Below are positions 26,326 through 41,235 of a stretch of 64,000 bases of DNA, piece by piece; position 1 is the stretch's first letter, and each line of letters starts with the position of its first letter. Made by a program: the position numbers and the translations under genes. This DNA is from the human T2T-CHM13v2.0 reference genome, Homo sapiens, in NCBI RefSeq assembly GCF_009914755.1, contig NC_060942.1; one strand, given 5' to 3'. The notes under the pieces were generated by a model. It ran no database searches, was not told the DNA's origin, and was given only the letters and a program-made list of their open reading frames with translations.

Positions 26326-27817
26326 CTAGCTTTGTTACAGAAAACATTTGAGGTAATTTATAAGGACATCTGAAACACGCACAAACCACAACTAAAGAAA
26401 TAAATATAGTGAAAGTTATTATAGCATACAAACCTTCTACTAACAACAGCTACACACACAAACACATACCAGAGAAAAACCTATTTGAAGTCCTCGGAAA
26501 GCTACCAAAATATCTGGGGTTCAAGATCCCAGAGATAAACAAAAACACTGAAGTGAATCTGGTATTTTGCTGCTGTTTTCCTCAAAAACAATGTATTTAT
26601 TTCTAAGCCACATGGGCTGTGAGCTGGAGATGGCCTTCCAAAAGAACTAAGTTAAGAAGTTGAAAGCAAAGAAAAACATTAATCAATCTCACGGAGGTAG
26701 GGAGGTAAAATACGGAATTTAGTTTTCATCAAAGTGGATGTGCCATGGTTATCCCAGACTTTCAGCTGGACCCCCTAAAAGACTACACCATAGGAATAAG
26801 GGCAAATCCAAATAGTCCAGGCCTTAAGAAAACTGAAACACAGCCTCAAATCAATTTATCCCTGGTTGGAGGAAGGTGTTCTTTTATTTAAACTGCCTTC
26901 CAGAAGATAAAGTTTCATGCAGAGCCTCTGTAATTTTTATACACAGTTTCTAGCATTAATCAAAAATTAACAGGCATATGAAGAAAACCAAGACCAAGAG
27001 AAAAAAAAATCAAGACAATTAAGACACATATAAAGGTAATCAAGGTATTAGAGTTTTAAGAAATAGACTTTAACTGTTATTGAGGAGTAACATCAACAAG
27101 ATGATATAATAAGTGATCTCAGCCCTTGGCCCTCTACGAAAGCACCAATTTAACAGCCTCCATAGATGAGAATATCTTTATGAGAGCTCCAAATCCAAGT
27201 GAGAGGTTACAGCACACTGGTGGGATGCAGAAATGAGAAAAAAAACGTGTTGAAAGGGAGAAAAAAGAATAGTATCTTTTTACCTGTATTATCCCTCCCC
27301 TAAGCCAGCACAACATAGCACCAAGAAAGAACACCTCAGCCTGCAAGTTCTCCCAGGGAAACAGGGTGAAGTCGGCATCCAACTTCTCCTGCCTTTGGCA
27401 CTACCTGAGAGACTTGCTTCTGTTGTGCCTCACCCATAACACTGAGGGAACTGGAATGGCTAGATCACCTGAGGGTAGCTAAGAACAAAGAAAAAAGGTG
27501 AGGGCTCGGCTCTCAACAACCGGTTCAGAGATCTCAACAGCCAGCTCACAGCCCCTAGCACAAGGCCTGCCCACCCACAGATCATGGCACTAGGCCCACC
27601 AACCCACAGACCCTGGTACCAGGGCTAACCACAGATCTTACAAGCCAGCCCATCTGCAGGCCCTACTAACCAGACCAACAAGAATCTTAGGCCAGCCTGA
27701 TTTGTGAATGGATTTCCCTGCCAAAGCCAATTTGTAAAGACAGGAAGAGGTAACTGCTTCTTCAAATGAGCAGATACTAACGCAGTCCTATGAAAGTCAT
27801 GAAGAATCAGGGAAACA

Positions 27818-28127
27818 GCCGAGTGTGGTGGCTCACACCTGTAATCCCAGCACTTTGGGAGGCCGAGGTGGGTGGATGGCTTGAGTCCAGGAGTTGGAGA
27901 CCAGCCTGGCCAACATGGTAAAACCTCATCTCTACAAAATATACAAAAATTAGCCAGGTGTGGCTGCATGCACCTGTGGTCTCAGCTACTTGGGGGACCA
28001 AGGTGGAAGTTTGCTTGAGCCTGGGAGGCAGACGCTGCAGTGAGCCAAGTTCATGCCACTTCATTTCAGCCTGCATGACCTAGCAAGCCAGTGTCTCCAA
28101 AAAAAAAAAAAAGAAAAGAGAAAAAAA
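27818..28127 (+). mobile_element. AluJ
   Basis: Full dimer; TSD aagaatcagggaaaca at 27802-27817 and 28128-28143. Confidence 0.93.
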
Positions 28128-28232
28128 AAGAATCAGGGAAACATGAAATCACCAATGTATTAAAATGAAACTCCAGTAATGGATCCTAAAGAAATAGAGA
28201 TCTAACTACCTGACAAAGAATTTAAAATAATT

Positions 28233-28532
<300 letters not shown>

Positions 28533-29235
28533 TTAAAATAATTTTAAAGGAGCTCAGTGAGCTATAAGAGAACACCGACAACGAAATGAAATCAGGAAAA
28601 TAATACATGAAAATATGAGAAGTTCAACAAAGAGATAGACTCATAAAAAAGAATCAAACAGCACTTCTAGAGCTGACAAACACAAAGACTAAACTGAAAA
28701 ATTAAACAAAGTTTCAATAGTAGACTTAATCAAGCAGAAGAAAAAAATCAGTGAACTTAAAGACAAGTCATTTGGAGCGATCCAGTCAGGAGCAGAAAGA
28801 AAAAAGAATGAAAAAAAACTCAAGAAAGCCTACAGGACTTATGAGACACTAAGTGAGCCAATATACACACTATGGAACTTGAAGAAGAGAAACAGAAAGA
28901 AGCAGAAAGCTTATTTAAAGAAATAATGGTAGAAAATGTTCTGAATGTGGGGAGGGAAATGGACATCCAGTTTCATGAAGCTCAAAAGATACCAAGTAGG
29001 TTAAGCCTAAACAGGTCTACAATGAAACACATTATAATTAAATCATCAAAGTCAAAGAGAAAGATAGAATTTTGAAAGAAGTAAGAAAAAAGGAACTTGT
29101 CATATAAAAGTGTACCTTCATAACATTTTCAGCAGATTTCATAGCAGAAACATTGCAGGCCAGGAGAAAGTGGGATGATATATTCAAAGTGTTAAAAGGA
29201 AAAAACTGCCAACCAAGAAAATTTGTCCTTCAAAA

Positions 29236-29756
29236 GGATATCTACCCAAAGGAAAAGAAGTCATTATACAAAAGAGATATTTCTACATGCATGCTTATAG
29301 TAACACAATTTACAATTCCAAAAATATGGAACCAGCCCAAATGCCCATCAATCAATGAGTGGATAAAGAAAATATGGTATACATATACCTTGGAATACTA
29401 CTCAGCCATAAAAAGGAACAAAATAATGGCATTCACAACAACCTGGATGGAATTGGAGACTGTTTTTCTAAGTGAAGTAATTCAGGAATTGAAAACCAAA
29501 CATTGTATGTTCTCACTCATAAGTGGTAACTAAACTATGAGGCTGCAAAGGCATAAGAATGATACAGTGGACTCTGGGAACTCGGGGGGAAAGGATGGGA
29601 GGGGGATGAGGGATAAAAGACTACACACTGGGTACCATGTACACTGCTCGGATGATGAGTGCATCCAGATCTCACAAATCACCACTAAATAACTTGTTCA
29701 TGTAACTGAACACCACCTGTTCCCCAAAAACTGACTGAAATGAAAAAAAATAATAA
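29236..29756 (+). mobile_element. 5'-truncated L1PB 3' end
   Basis: tatctacccaaaggaaaagaagtcattatac...caccacctgttccccaaaaac..A tail; ORF2 C-terminal peptide WNQPKCPSINEWIKKIW. Confidence 0.9.
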
Positions 29757-30037
29757 CTTCTACTTTCTTAGTAATAAATGGCAAGTTCCAAGCTTTTTTG
29801 TTTGGAAATTCAGCAACAATAATAAAATGTGTTCATCTTTTCTTAAAAGTGAACTTTTGAAACAGAATCCCAGGAAAATAATTTCATGATGTGCAATTAT
29901 GTGACTTTTACAAATAAACCATATATTATATAATTTTTTTAAAAAATGAAGGTGTGATAAAAGCTTTCCCATACAAACAAAAACAGGGAGTTATCACAAC
30001 TAGATCTGCCAAACAAGAAGTGCTAAAGGGAATTCTA

Positions 30038-31329
<1,292 letters not shown>

Positions 31330-31699
31330 AGAATTCTTTAAGTTGAAATGAAAGGGCGCTAAAAAGAAACATAAAAGCATATGAAAGTATAAATATCACT
31401 GGTAAAGGTAAATTTATAGAAAAATGCAGAATAATGTAATTTTTAACATAGTACATATATCACTTTAACACTAATATAAAAGCTAAAAGACAAGAGTATT
31501 GAGAATAAGTATAACCACAGAAATGTTTTCTTAAATAGACAATATAAAAAGAAGTAAATTCTGACATCAACAATATAAGATGTGGAAGAGAGAGTAAAAT
31601 TCTCCAAACTCATCACGTTGTATACAAGAAATATGTACAGCTTTTTGTATGTCAATCATACCTCAATAAAGTGTTTTTAATTAAAGTAAAAATTAAAAA

Positions 31700-32560
31700 T
31701 AATATATTTTCAAAGAAATGTATGATGAAGAATATATGAAAATATTCCATTGAAATTCTATAAATGAAAAACTAAGTTTTAGACAAATAGAAGATTATAC
31801 AGCAGATTTGACAGTGGAATGCAGCACTAATAAACTGGAGGCAGGTCAGTGTAAAATGTCTTTATTGAAGCAAAGAAAAAGAAAACCTGACAAAATATAC
31901 AATAATAACTATAAAGGACACTGTGAGAAATTCTAGCATATATGTAAAAGGCTTCCAAGAGGGGAACTGTGATAAAATAATGTGACTGAGGCAATATGTA
32001 AGGAGATAACAGACTCAGATTTTCCCAGTATGATGAAATACATCAAGTTAATTATTCAGGAAGTGTGATAATCTACAAACAGAATAATAAGATAAACACT
32101 CCAAGTTTGAGAGTAAAACTACTAAAATCTAAGGACAAAATAATCTGATATGCAGTCAGAACAGTAAGTACACATTAATTTTAAAAGAGCAGTTGAGCAC
32201 AATGGCACACACCTAGAGGTCCAGATACTTAAGAGATTGAGGCAAGAGAATTGCATGAGACCAGGAGTTCAAGGCTGTAGTGCACGATGATTGTACCTGT
32301 GAATAGGTACTGCACTTTAGCCTGGGCAAGATAGTGAGACCCTATTTCTCAGAAAGAGAGCAAAAATGTAACTGACATCTGACTACTGAAGAGAAATGAT
32401 GGAAGTAAGTACACAATGAAAGAATATATTTAAGGTACCGAAAGAATATAACTGACAACCTATAATTACATACCCTGAAAACTAAAGGCAAAATGAAGAT
32501 GTTTCCAGACATAGCAGAGAGATCAGCACTATACCTTAAGCCAGAATTCTTACTAAGGAG
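31700..32560 (+). mobile_element. L1ME ORF1 relic
   Basis: A-rich decayed ORF1 (aaggcaaaatgaagatgtttccagaca). Confidence 0.55.
32190..32350 (+). mobile_element. FAM/FLAM fossil Alu monomer
   Basis: ggagttcaaggctgtagtgcacgatgattgtacctgtgaatag...gcctgggcaagatagtgagaccc (7SL-like gtgaatag retained). Confidence 0.8.
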
Positions 32561-33109
32561 AAGTTGGTTGTAGGTGATAACATTTGAGTAAATGAGAATC
32601 ATAGGAGACTTTTTGAAAGGTTAACCCCTCTAGGGAAAATGAGATTTAAAAAAAAAAAAAAAACAATTATTCCTGTAGGCTAACTAGATATGTGCCAGGG
32701 GCCATTGATCAGGGTCATGGACATCTCATTTGCCTCTATATTAGCAATAGAATGCATTCCAAGCCCTAGAGAATAAAGCATAGGCCAACATAATTCAGCT
32801 CTCCCCAGGTCAACAAATCCTGGCCCAAGAGCATTTATGTACAGCATAATTACCAGACCTTTGTTCTTGTTCCACTGAGCTGAGTTCGCAAAGAAAACTG
32901 GCAACAGGGTCTTTGATTCAGTTTAGAGTCAATCCTTCATACGCTATATTTTGTTTGAGAATGAATTCTATATTAAAATGTGCATTGAAATTTACCATGT
33001 GGTACAATGTCAATGATATGTTTTTAAATACTTCCTGATACCACATTTGTAAATCTTGCATTTAAAATAATCAACTAGTTCATTTTAATTTTTATATTTT
33101 GTTTCTCTC

Positions 33110-33185
33110 TTTTTTTTTTTTTTTTTTTTTTTGGCTACTCGATAGACAGAGTAGGGCAGAGTAGGCAGAATGGCCCAGTGTAGCC
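33110..33185 (-). mobile_element. Tiny poly(A)-tailed retrocopy-like insert (53-nt body resembling an ERV1 MER41-group LTR segment)
   Basis: T23 at 33110-33132; body 33133-33185 with ggctac/gtagcc terminal complementarity; candidate TSD gtttct at 33101-33106 and 33186-33191. Confidence 0.55.
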
Positions 33186-34019
33186 GTTTCTATATAGCGA
33201 GGTGAGAGAAGACAAAGTTTCAGCATCCTGTTTGTAAGGACTCTCCACAAATAAGATGTTAAGGCAGTGAAAGATCATTATTCCCAGTCAATGACAATGA
33301 CATGATAACTGAAATAAAATCATCATTATAGTTTCTCTTTTAACATTGCTTATTGAAATGTTGGTAAGATTTTTATATTCTAGGTAGGAACTTTGATCAG
33401 ATACCTGCTAAATTACAGGTTTGCAAAAAATCATCTGGTGACAAATTTGCATATCATAATTGTATGTCTTTCATTGAACTGTTATATTTCAATGTCAACA
33501 TTTTTTATTTCCTGACTTTAACCACTGGTCAGTTTGGGGTATGAATTAAACAACACATGACTAAGAACAAAACTGAATGCTAAATCTTCAGAGTAACTGA
33601 GATATTAACATGTTCATCTGATCTCCACTAATTCCCTCATGTGTTCAATTGATAGAAACTAGAAGCCTTTCAATCTGACCACAGAGAATAAAAAAAATTC
33701 AAATAATGAGTTTCTTAATTGATATGTGTAAATAGTCTCCAGTACCCACTTTAGAATGATTTTCCCTATTGATTTATTAATCACTGTTGGGAAGTACTGC
33801 CTTGAACCACAATAGGCTCCATTGGTCTGCTTCCATTTCTCTTCCATGAAATCCATTCCACGTGATACAACCAGCCACATTAAGATTCTTACATCTCATC
33901 TCTGCTCCTATGACTCCTCTCACTAAAATATTCAAAAGCTTTTTTATTCTTCCAAACTTTTTCCCTACCTTCCATTCATATAAACTCTATACAACAGCTT
34001 AACTAGATCAGTTGTTTTT

Positions 34020-35230
34020 TTCCAATCAAAAAAAAATTTTTTAAGAGTATCATTTCTTAAACACAAGAGTTTCAATCCATTGGTAAAATTATAAGTTATG
34101 TACACCTAATGTATCCTCAAAATTATTAAACCAAAACTGATAGAAGTAAAAGGACGAAGAGACAAATTTACAATCACTGTAGGACATTTTAACACAAAAC
34201 TATCAATATCTAATCGAAAAAAGACAAAGTTAGTAAGGATATAGAGGACTTAGTAATATGATTTAAAAATTAACCTGAGATATGCAAAATATTGTTTCTA
34301 ATAACTGTAGAATATAGTCTTTTCAAGTGCATAAAGACTATTTTGTCAAAATTGACCATATAGTATTCTTAAAGTAACCTCAACAAATTTCAGAAATTTG
34401 AAATCATAAAAGATATTTTCTCTGACGCCAATAAATGTAAACTAAAAAATCAACCAGAAAAGTTAACCAGAAAATGTTTAAATATTTGGAAATTAGGCAC
34501 TTCTGGAAAACCCGTATGTCAAAGAAATGTCATTAAAAATTCAAAAATTTTTTTAAATTAATGATAGCAAAAATACTACCAAAATTTGTACAATTCTGCT
34601 AAAACTTACTTAAAAGTAAATTTGTAAATCTTAAAGATATAAGAAAAAAGACTGAAGAACTAGTGCTCTAATATCCATCTCAAGAAATTTTTTTAAATAG
34701 CAGCAAATTATCCAGAGAAAACAGGAGGAAGAAAATAAACAACATAAGAGCAGAAAAGAATAAAATAGGAAGCCAACCAAAAGCAGAAAACAATATCAAA
34801 GCAAAAATTTGATTTCTTGAAAAGATCAAGTAAAATCTATAAGTTCCTGGTCATCAAAAGCCATCGTTAAAAGGGTGAAAAGGCAAGCCACAGCGTGATG
34901 AGAAGCTATTTTCAATACATACACAGGACAATATATAATGCTAAACATCATTTGTCACCAAGCAAATACAAATTCCAATCACAATTAGATACCAATCCAC
35001 ATTCATCAGAAAGGCAATACTAGTCAAGATAGTGGCTCACTTTGGGGAGGGGCTGGATCATGACCATAGTAGAAAAAGGGAAACTTCTGTGTATGGTAAT
35101 GTTCTATTTCCTGATCTGGAAGTGGTTACACAGTTATGAAAACCACTTTGTGAAAATTCTTTGAGCTTCATCCCTATAATTTTGTACTCTTCTATGTATA
35201 TGCCATGCTTTAAATGAAAATAAAAGACAT
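34020..35230 (+). mobile_element. L1ME ORF2 (endonuclease) relic and 3' end
   Basis: gtaggacattttaacaca (GDFNT), caaaattgaccatata (KIDH), tggtaatgttctatttcctgatctgg. Confidence 0.75.
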
Positions 35231-37522
35231 ACAAATGTGAAGGTATTGAGCAAAACAAGACTGAGATAGATAGAGATTGATGATGGGATAGATAGATGCT
35301 GGGTAGACAGACAGATATAAAAATGACTTACACACTGTGCTTGGCTTGCTGAATAGAAAAGGAAGCATTGTCAGTTACAGTATTACATTATCCATAAGAT
35401 AAAATCTTACCAATTACACAGAAGAACTGTCTTGGTATTAAGAGCAGATGGAACCACCTTCTGGGGATTCTCATGAAAAATACAATGAGAAAGTCAATTA
35501 GCAGCATCACCAACAATTTACATTGTATCCCATTTTGTGAGGCTGCTTTCATGTCAATTCCTGGGATAAGTGAATGGAATTACACCAAAGTACAAATAAA
35601 AGCCAGTTTTGGGAGAATCACAAGCAAGTTAGTGTCTTCTTTCATGCTTTTCCTGCATTGCTGTATGCCTCGATCACACATTTACCTCACTCAATCACCT
35701 CCCCTAACCATCAACCCAGTGCCTTGCACATTGCACATAATCCATTAAAATTCTATGAGTGGGTGAATAAATGAATGAATGAGGCACTTGATACCCAAAA
35801 GACAGTAAAAAAGAAATGGCATAAAAAGAAAAATATCAAAAGGACCATGTGTCTGCTTTGCAATTTGGCAGTAGGCAAAATCTCTAACATGCAGTTTTCA
35901 ACCTAAGACAGGTATTGTTGATAAAGACAGATATAAATGACCCACAGTGACGCTGAACTAGTATACAGATTAAATGTCATGCATTATTCCTGGGCAGAAG
36001 CAAGCAATATAACTTTACAACAGGTTTCTATATTTTTCCATCCATTTTCTAATTTCTTATTCTACCCTGAAAATAACTATTTGACAACAAGTCAGTATAA
36101 AATGCAAGATGCAACACCAAAGTTAGGCGCTATTAAGGGAGAAACCACTAGTCCAAGACTTTATTGCTTGAGCTGACTTCAGATTTCGTTTGGCAAACCT
36201 TTTCTTTTCTGCTAGTGCTTTCATTTCAATTCTTTACTCTTTCCCAGATTTTAGCCAAGTCATTGGCTCAGCTGGCAGATGACAGAGCATTCTTGTAGCT
36301 AAAATTGCATTTGTCATTTTGGTATCAATATGTCCTGTCTCTTAGGATTGCTGTAGTCTTGTCTCTAAGTGAAACTGTCTTGTATTTCCCTTCTGAGTGA
36401 GATTTATGAGGGAAAGCATTCAAATTGCTCATCTCTAATTCAGTCATCATTCTGCCACTAAAATGTCTCAGAATTTTCCCTTTACTGCAGAAGAAATATT
36501 CTCTCCTTTTTGCTGTTCATCTATCCTGTCCTGACTTTTGTCTATAAAACGGGCTGCACCAGATGGGGAAGGGGTTTAGGGAATATCCAGGCCAACTTGG
36601 GGCAAACATCTTCCCAGCTGTAGCTGGGTCCATCAAAGACACCTCAATTCATAGCTGATTCATACTCATTCTCTCTCCTTAGTCTTCAAATTTTACTTAG
36701 GCAACTGACTAAAGTCAGAATGCTCTAACTTTAGAAGCTTGTCTTTAGAGCATTTCAGAACATGTCTATCAGACATTCAGTCTAATATTTTGCAAACAGC
36801 AAATATCAAGAAAACACTGGGCTAATTAATTGTACAGAAAGGAATAATTCCAATACAAAAATTTCATAAGGCAGACTCAACATATGATAACAATAAACAT
36901 GTAGCTTAAAAAATAATGGAAATGTCATATATTCTCATTTTCTTTTACCTTATTTCCAATTGCAAGAATAGTCCTTTCAAGATGAAAGAAACTACCTCAG
37001 AAATAGGAATGTAAAAGATCTGCTCCTTCCTGCTATCTTATTACACTATCTCTTATACCAAAATCACTGCTTGCTTGCTGTGCCTTCCAGTAATGACTGG
37101 AATGGCTTATTAGGAGATAATTTGGTAGGTGGGGGAAAAATGTGTCTACTAAAAATTCATTACTAAAAAAAATAGCAAACCCTACAACAGGGTCTGGAGA
37201 TCAGACAATCCAGTTTATAATCTTAACAATACTGGCTGTGCTCAATGATGCCTGCACCAATCTGAATCTAGTTAAAATGAACCCTATGCCTTTTAATGCG
37301 TTTTTCAAGTTCTGCAATTCAGTTACTCTTTGAATCCTGTAAATTCCCTACACCATAAAGAACTAGCATGCACTGCCAGATCAAAGACTAACTTTCTGCT
37401 TGACATTTCCACATAAAGGTCTTATGAGAATCTCAAAATGTACCATAGCCAAAACAATTTTTGATTCCTCCAAACCCTTCAAAACCCACTCCTTCCCATC
37501 TTAATATACCACCAGTATCTAT

Positions 37523-37964
37523 TGTAAGAGTTGAAGAGAGAAGAAAGACACAAAAAGCAGCTTAACAGACAAAAACAGGTTTACTTTGGAGAATAAACCT
37601 GAAAGGGGCTTCTGGCCGATTTCAGTCAGGAGCATTTTCTCTTATAGACTAAGGGTATGTAAGGGTCTGGGGAGGGAGAGCTTATCGCAGGCTCAGAATG
37701 TTTCTGTGTGGAGGAGAGTTTTATTGCCAGGTTGGAATGCCTCCGGTCGGAGGGGAGGTTATCTCGGGGCTGGCATGTTTCTGGTCAGAGGGGGCTCATC
37801 TCAGGGTTGGAATATTTCTAGCGGGAGTGTCACTTGTGGTTTAAGGTCATGCTGACATTAGCCATTATGCTGATGCTTTCTGGGGCTGGATTTAGGCAGT
37901 TTTTAATCAAGGGGAACTTAAAATGGTGGTGTTTGTCCAAGACAGTGATGCCCCTGCTCTGTCG
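37523..37964 (-). mobile_element. ERV1 solo LTR (MER83/MER61-group) inserted in an L2 relic
   Basis: Minus strand begins (t)gacagagcaggggcatcactgtcttggacaaacaccaccattttaagttccccttg and ends ...ctcttaca. Confidence 0.7.
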
Positions 37965-40095
37965 TCTGAGTGCCCAACTCAAAAATCTAGGAATTATCCC
38001 TGCTTCATCTTTTCCCTTCACTTTCTGTATCCAATCCATCTCAAATTTAATGTGAGGGAGCATAAACAATCTCCTTTGTCTGCAAATATAAGCCAGTTTC
38101 TTCAACCCAGGTGTTTTCAGTAATAAAGCTGATGCTTTGATTTACATCTACCTGATCCCTCCATCTATTTCCCAATTAGTCCAGACTTTGGGTGGGGGTG
38201 GAGGAAAGGCCATTTATTCGCCACCGCTACCATCACCCCACCACCAACCTGCTTTCCCGCCTGGTGTTGCCTCAGCCTCCAGGGCGGGAGCTATCTTACT
38301 CTAACTCTAGGCTAGCCCTGGTCCAGATGTTAGAGCCTATTCAGTCACAGTAAAGGAGAAATATAAAACACTGTGCTTTAAGCCACTCTTCCTGTTGCTC
38401 ACCCCCTAACCTACCCTGTGGCTCCAAAATCAAGTTTCTTCTTACAGGGTCCTTGAAACAAATCTTTGCCCTTGAACCTAATGGAGACTGGGGGAGACGC
38501 AGCCTTCTTGGGGGACATGCAAATCTAAAACACTGTACGCCTCGTGTTTGAGTGACATATATAGTTCATCCAGCCCTTTTATATGCTTTATCTTATTTGT
38601 ATAAAAACTCAATATTGTTCTTCTCCAAATAATGACTAAAATATTATTATTTGTTCAAATGTATCAAGGATGCAAGGATTTGTGCTTTGACAAGCTCTAT
38701 CCATGCAAAACAGGCGATCCAGATCATAAGACATGTTAAATTATACTTGATGAGCCAGTCCTTGGAGAAAGTTCTGAGATTGCATCTCCATGAAGCACAG
38801 AGAGCAAGGATTTCTGTGAATATTTCCAATGAGCTTACATCATTCTGGGGAAGCTACTACAAAAAAAAAAAACTGTACAATTCAAATCTGGGACACTGTC
38901 GTGGAAATCCGTCCCTGCATAACAAAGTGGGCAATCACAGAGAACAATGAAACCCAATGCATTATTCATCATTATAATTCTGGATCATATGCAACCATCA
39001 TCAATGCTGAGGATGCTCTTAGTTTATATTACAAGTAATTTAGACATCATATGCCTATTTATAAAATGCCAAATCAGCTCTCAGATGCAGTATGAGGAGT
39101 TCACAGTTTCATTTTCTGTAAAGATGTTTTAAAATATTGATTGTTGTAAACTTTGTAAGGCACAGATGATAAAAGCACTATACCAATCCTCACACAAAAG
39201 AACAACTAGGACTACTTCCCTCAAAGCTGGTTGGTCCCCTTGTTCATTAACTCATGGTTCCAAATGGAACTTCCCCACACCCCCAGAAATGATGCATCCT
39301 GAGTCCATTTCCCAAGGAACAGTTCTTCAAAGCATCAAAAGAATCGGATGTGCAATATCTGCATGAAAAGGTTTTTTCTAAAAATCCCCAAATAAAACTT
39401 CCATTTGTAAGAAAGGGGAGGGGATCAGGGATTCTAAGATATGTTCATGCTGACAGCATATCCTGGAACTATATAAATACTTAGTAGAATGAATTAAAAA
39501 TGAGAAACTTGGAACCACAAAAGGCATTTTCTTGGGGAAACTCAAAACATAAGGACACTTAAAAGAAAAAGGAACAGGCTCTTGGGTTTTCAAAAAAAAA
39601 AAAACTTGAATCAGCTATATAGTCATACAGTCATTGAGAGCTTGTAAAATCACATACCTTTGTGTTCTTGCTTAAATTTCTCTAGCAATATTGTTCAAGT
39701 GTGTGCCCAAATACATGGATTTTAGCTCCCCTGGAGAGTCACTTCTGAAAGAAAGCAAAGATAGAGGGACCTAAAGTCTATGCTATTATAACAGGAAAAG
39801 ACATCGTTTCTACATGAATAGGATTTTTTTTCCAAGGCAGAGATAGGAGGGCTGGAGGGAAAAATTTAAAAACACATTGGCCTGTTTTTACTGTATATAT
39901 TGTTTCCTGGATGCTGGAAATTACCCTGATTATTCATCTGCAAAATAGCTACAAAGAAAACCCAAACTATGATTCAGCCATTGCAGCTGTGGTAGACAGA
40001 ATTGCCAATGGTGAAGGAAGGGCAGAAAACCCACTGTTGCAATTCGTTTTCTCTCTTGTTTTGTTTAACTGTTTAACTTCTGGACCTAATTATTT

Positions 40096-40098
<3 letters not shown>

Positions 40099-40135
<37 letters not shown>
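40099..40135. repeat. (CA)n microsatellite
   Basis: About 18 AC units. Confidence 0.95.
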
Positions 40136-40138
<3 letters not shown>

Positions 40139-41007
40139 CAAAAAAGAAGAGAAATGAGAGCTGGTCTGCTTTTCCCATCCCTCATTCCCTGCATGCCATT
40201 TCCCACCAAATCAAACTCAGTATTTTATAACAGTGATCCTACAATTGTCTCTCAGTTTTAAAGCTTTTCTGATCTTTCAATGGAATTGATTTCCGTAATA
40301 ACCAGACTAGAGTTGGCAGCCCATGCTTGTTTGGCATCACTGCCTGCATTACGTTGCCTACAGCTCATCCGCCCTGATCCCTTAAAGAAACTTGAAAAAA
40401 CAGAAATATGTCCTTTATCAACACCATAAGCTGCTGCTGCCACAAGTCTATAAACAGCAAGAAAAATAAACAGAAGCCAACCTATTTTATCAAAGTCTAA
40501 TAATACATACACACTAGTCTTGCTTAAGCCCGAGAAATAAAGGCAAACACACCATGGTAGGAAGAAAAGGAATGCACGTGGTCTCACTTATGCCCTTACC
40601 TAGACATAGGCTCCACAGTGCATCTGATCTGAGACTACCTCCTCACTTTCCAGGCTTCTTGTGTGATTTTCCCTTCCCTTCTTCTCCTTTCCTCAGGGTT
40701 ACTTGCAGAGAGATTCCACCAATGCATCCTTAGAGTTGAATTTACCTTCCTGGAAAACATTGTTTCCAGCTGGCTCACTATTAATTACACCCTGATTTTA
40801 GACCTTCCCTTGTAGCTGATCTCTGTCTCTAAAACAAAGATGTTTCTGGACCTTTGATAAAAGTCTTGGAGGAATAAAACCCGCTTTTTTATTTAAAGAG
40901 TAATAACATCTGTGATGTAGTTCAGATGCACATAAAGAAGAAAAAACACACTAACAAATGCTTAAATAATCTAGAGGTTCATGTCATTCTCTAAGGTTGC
41001 AATACCT

Positions 41008-41235
41008 GTCCCCCAGGCTGGAGTGCAGTGGCACAATCTCAGCTCACTGCAACCTCCAACTCCCGAGCTGGAGAGATCCTCCCACCTCAGCCGCCTGAGT
41101 AGCTGGAACTACAGGTGTGTGCCACCACACTTGGCTAATTTTTGTATTTTTTGTAGAGATGGGGTTTCGCCATGTTGCCCAGGCTGATCTCGAGCTCCTT
41201 GCCTCAAGCAATCTGCCTGCCTCGGCCTCCCAGAG
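41008..41235 (-). mobile_element. AluJ lacking its poly(A) tail, with a rearranged 5' end
   Basis: gtcccccaggctggagtgcagtggc...gcctcggcctcccagag; no poly(T) upstream. Confidence 0.88.

Noticed and set aside
29153-29533. 126-aa apparent ORF1-ORF2 fusion ORF
   Set aside because: Chance in-frame junction between the L1M host and the L1PB insert; TTG start
40258-40587. 109-aa minus-strand ORF
   Set aside because: GTG start, composition driven by T-rich tracts, no known motif
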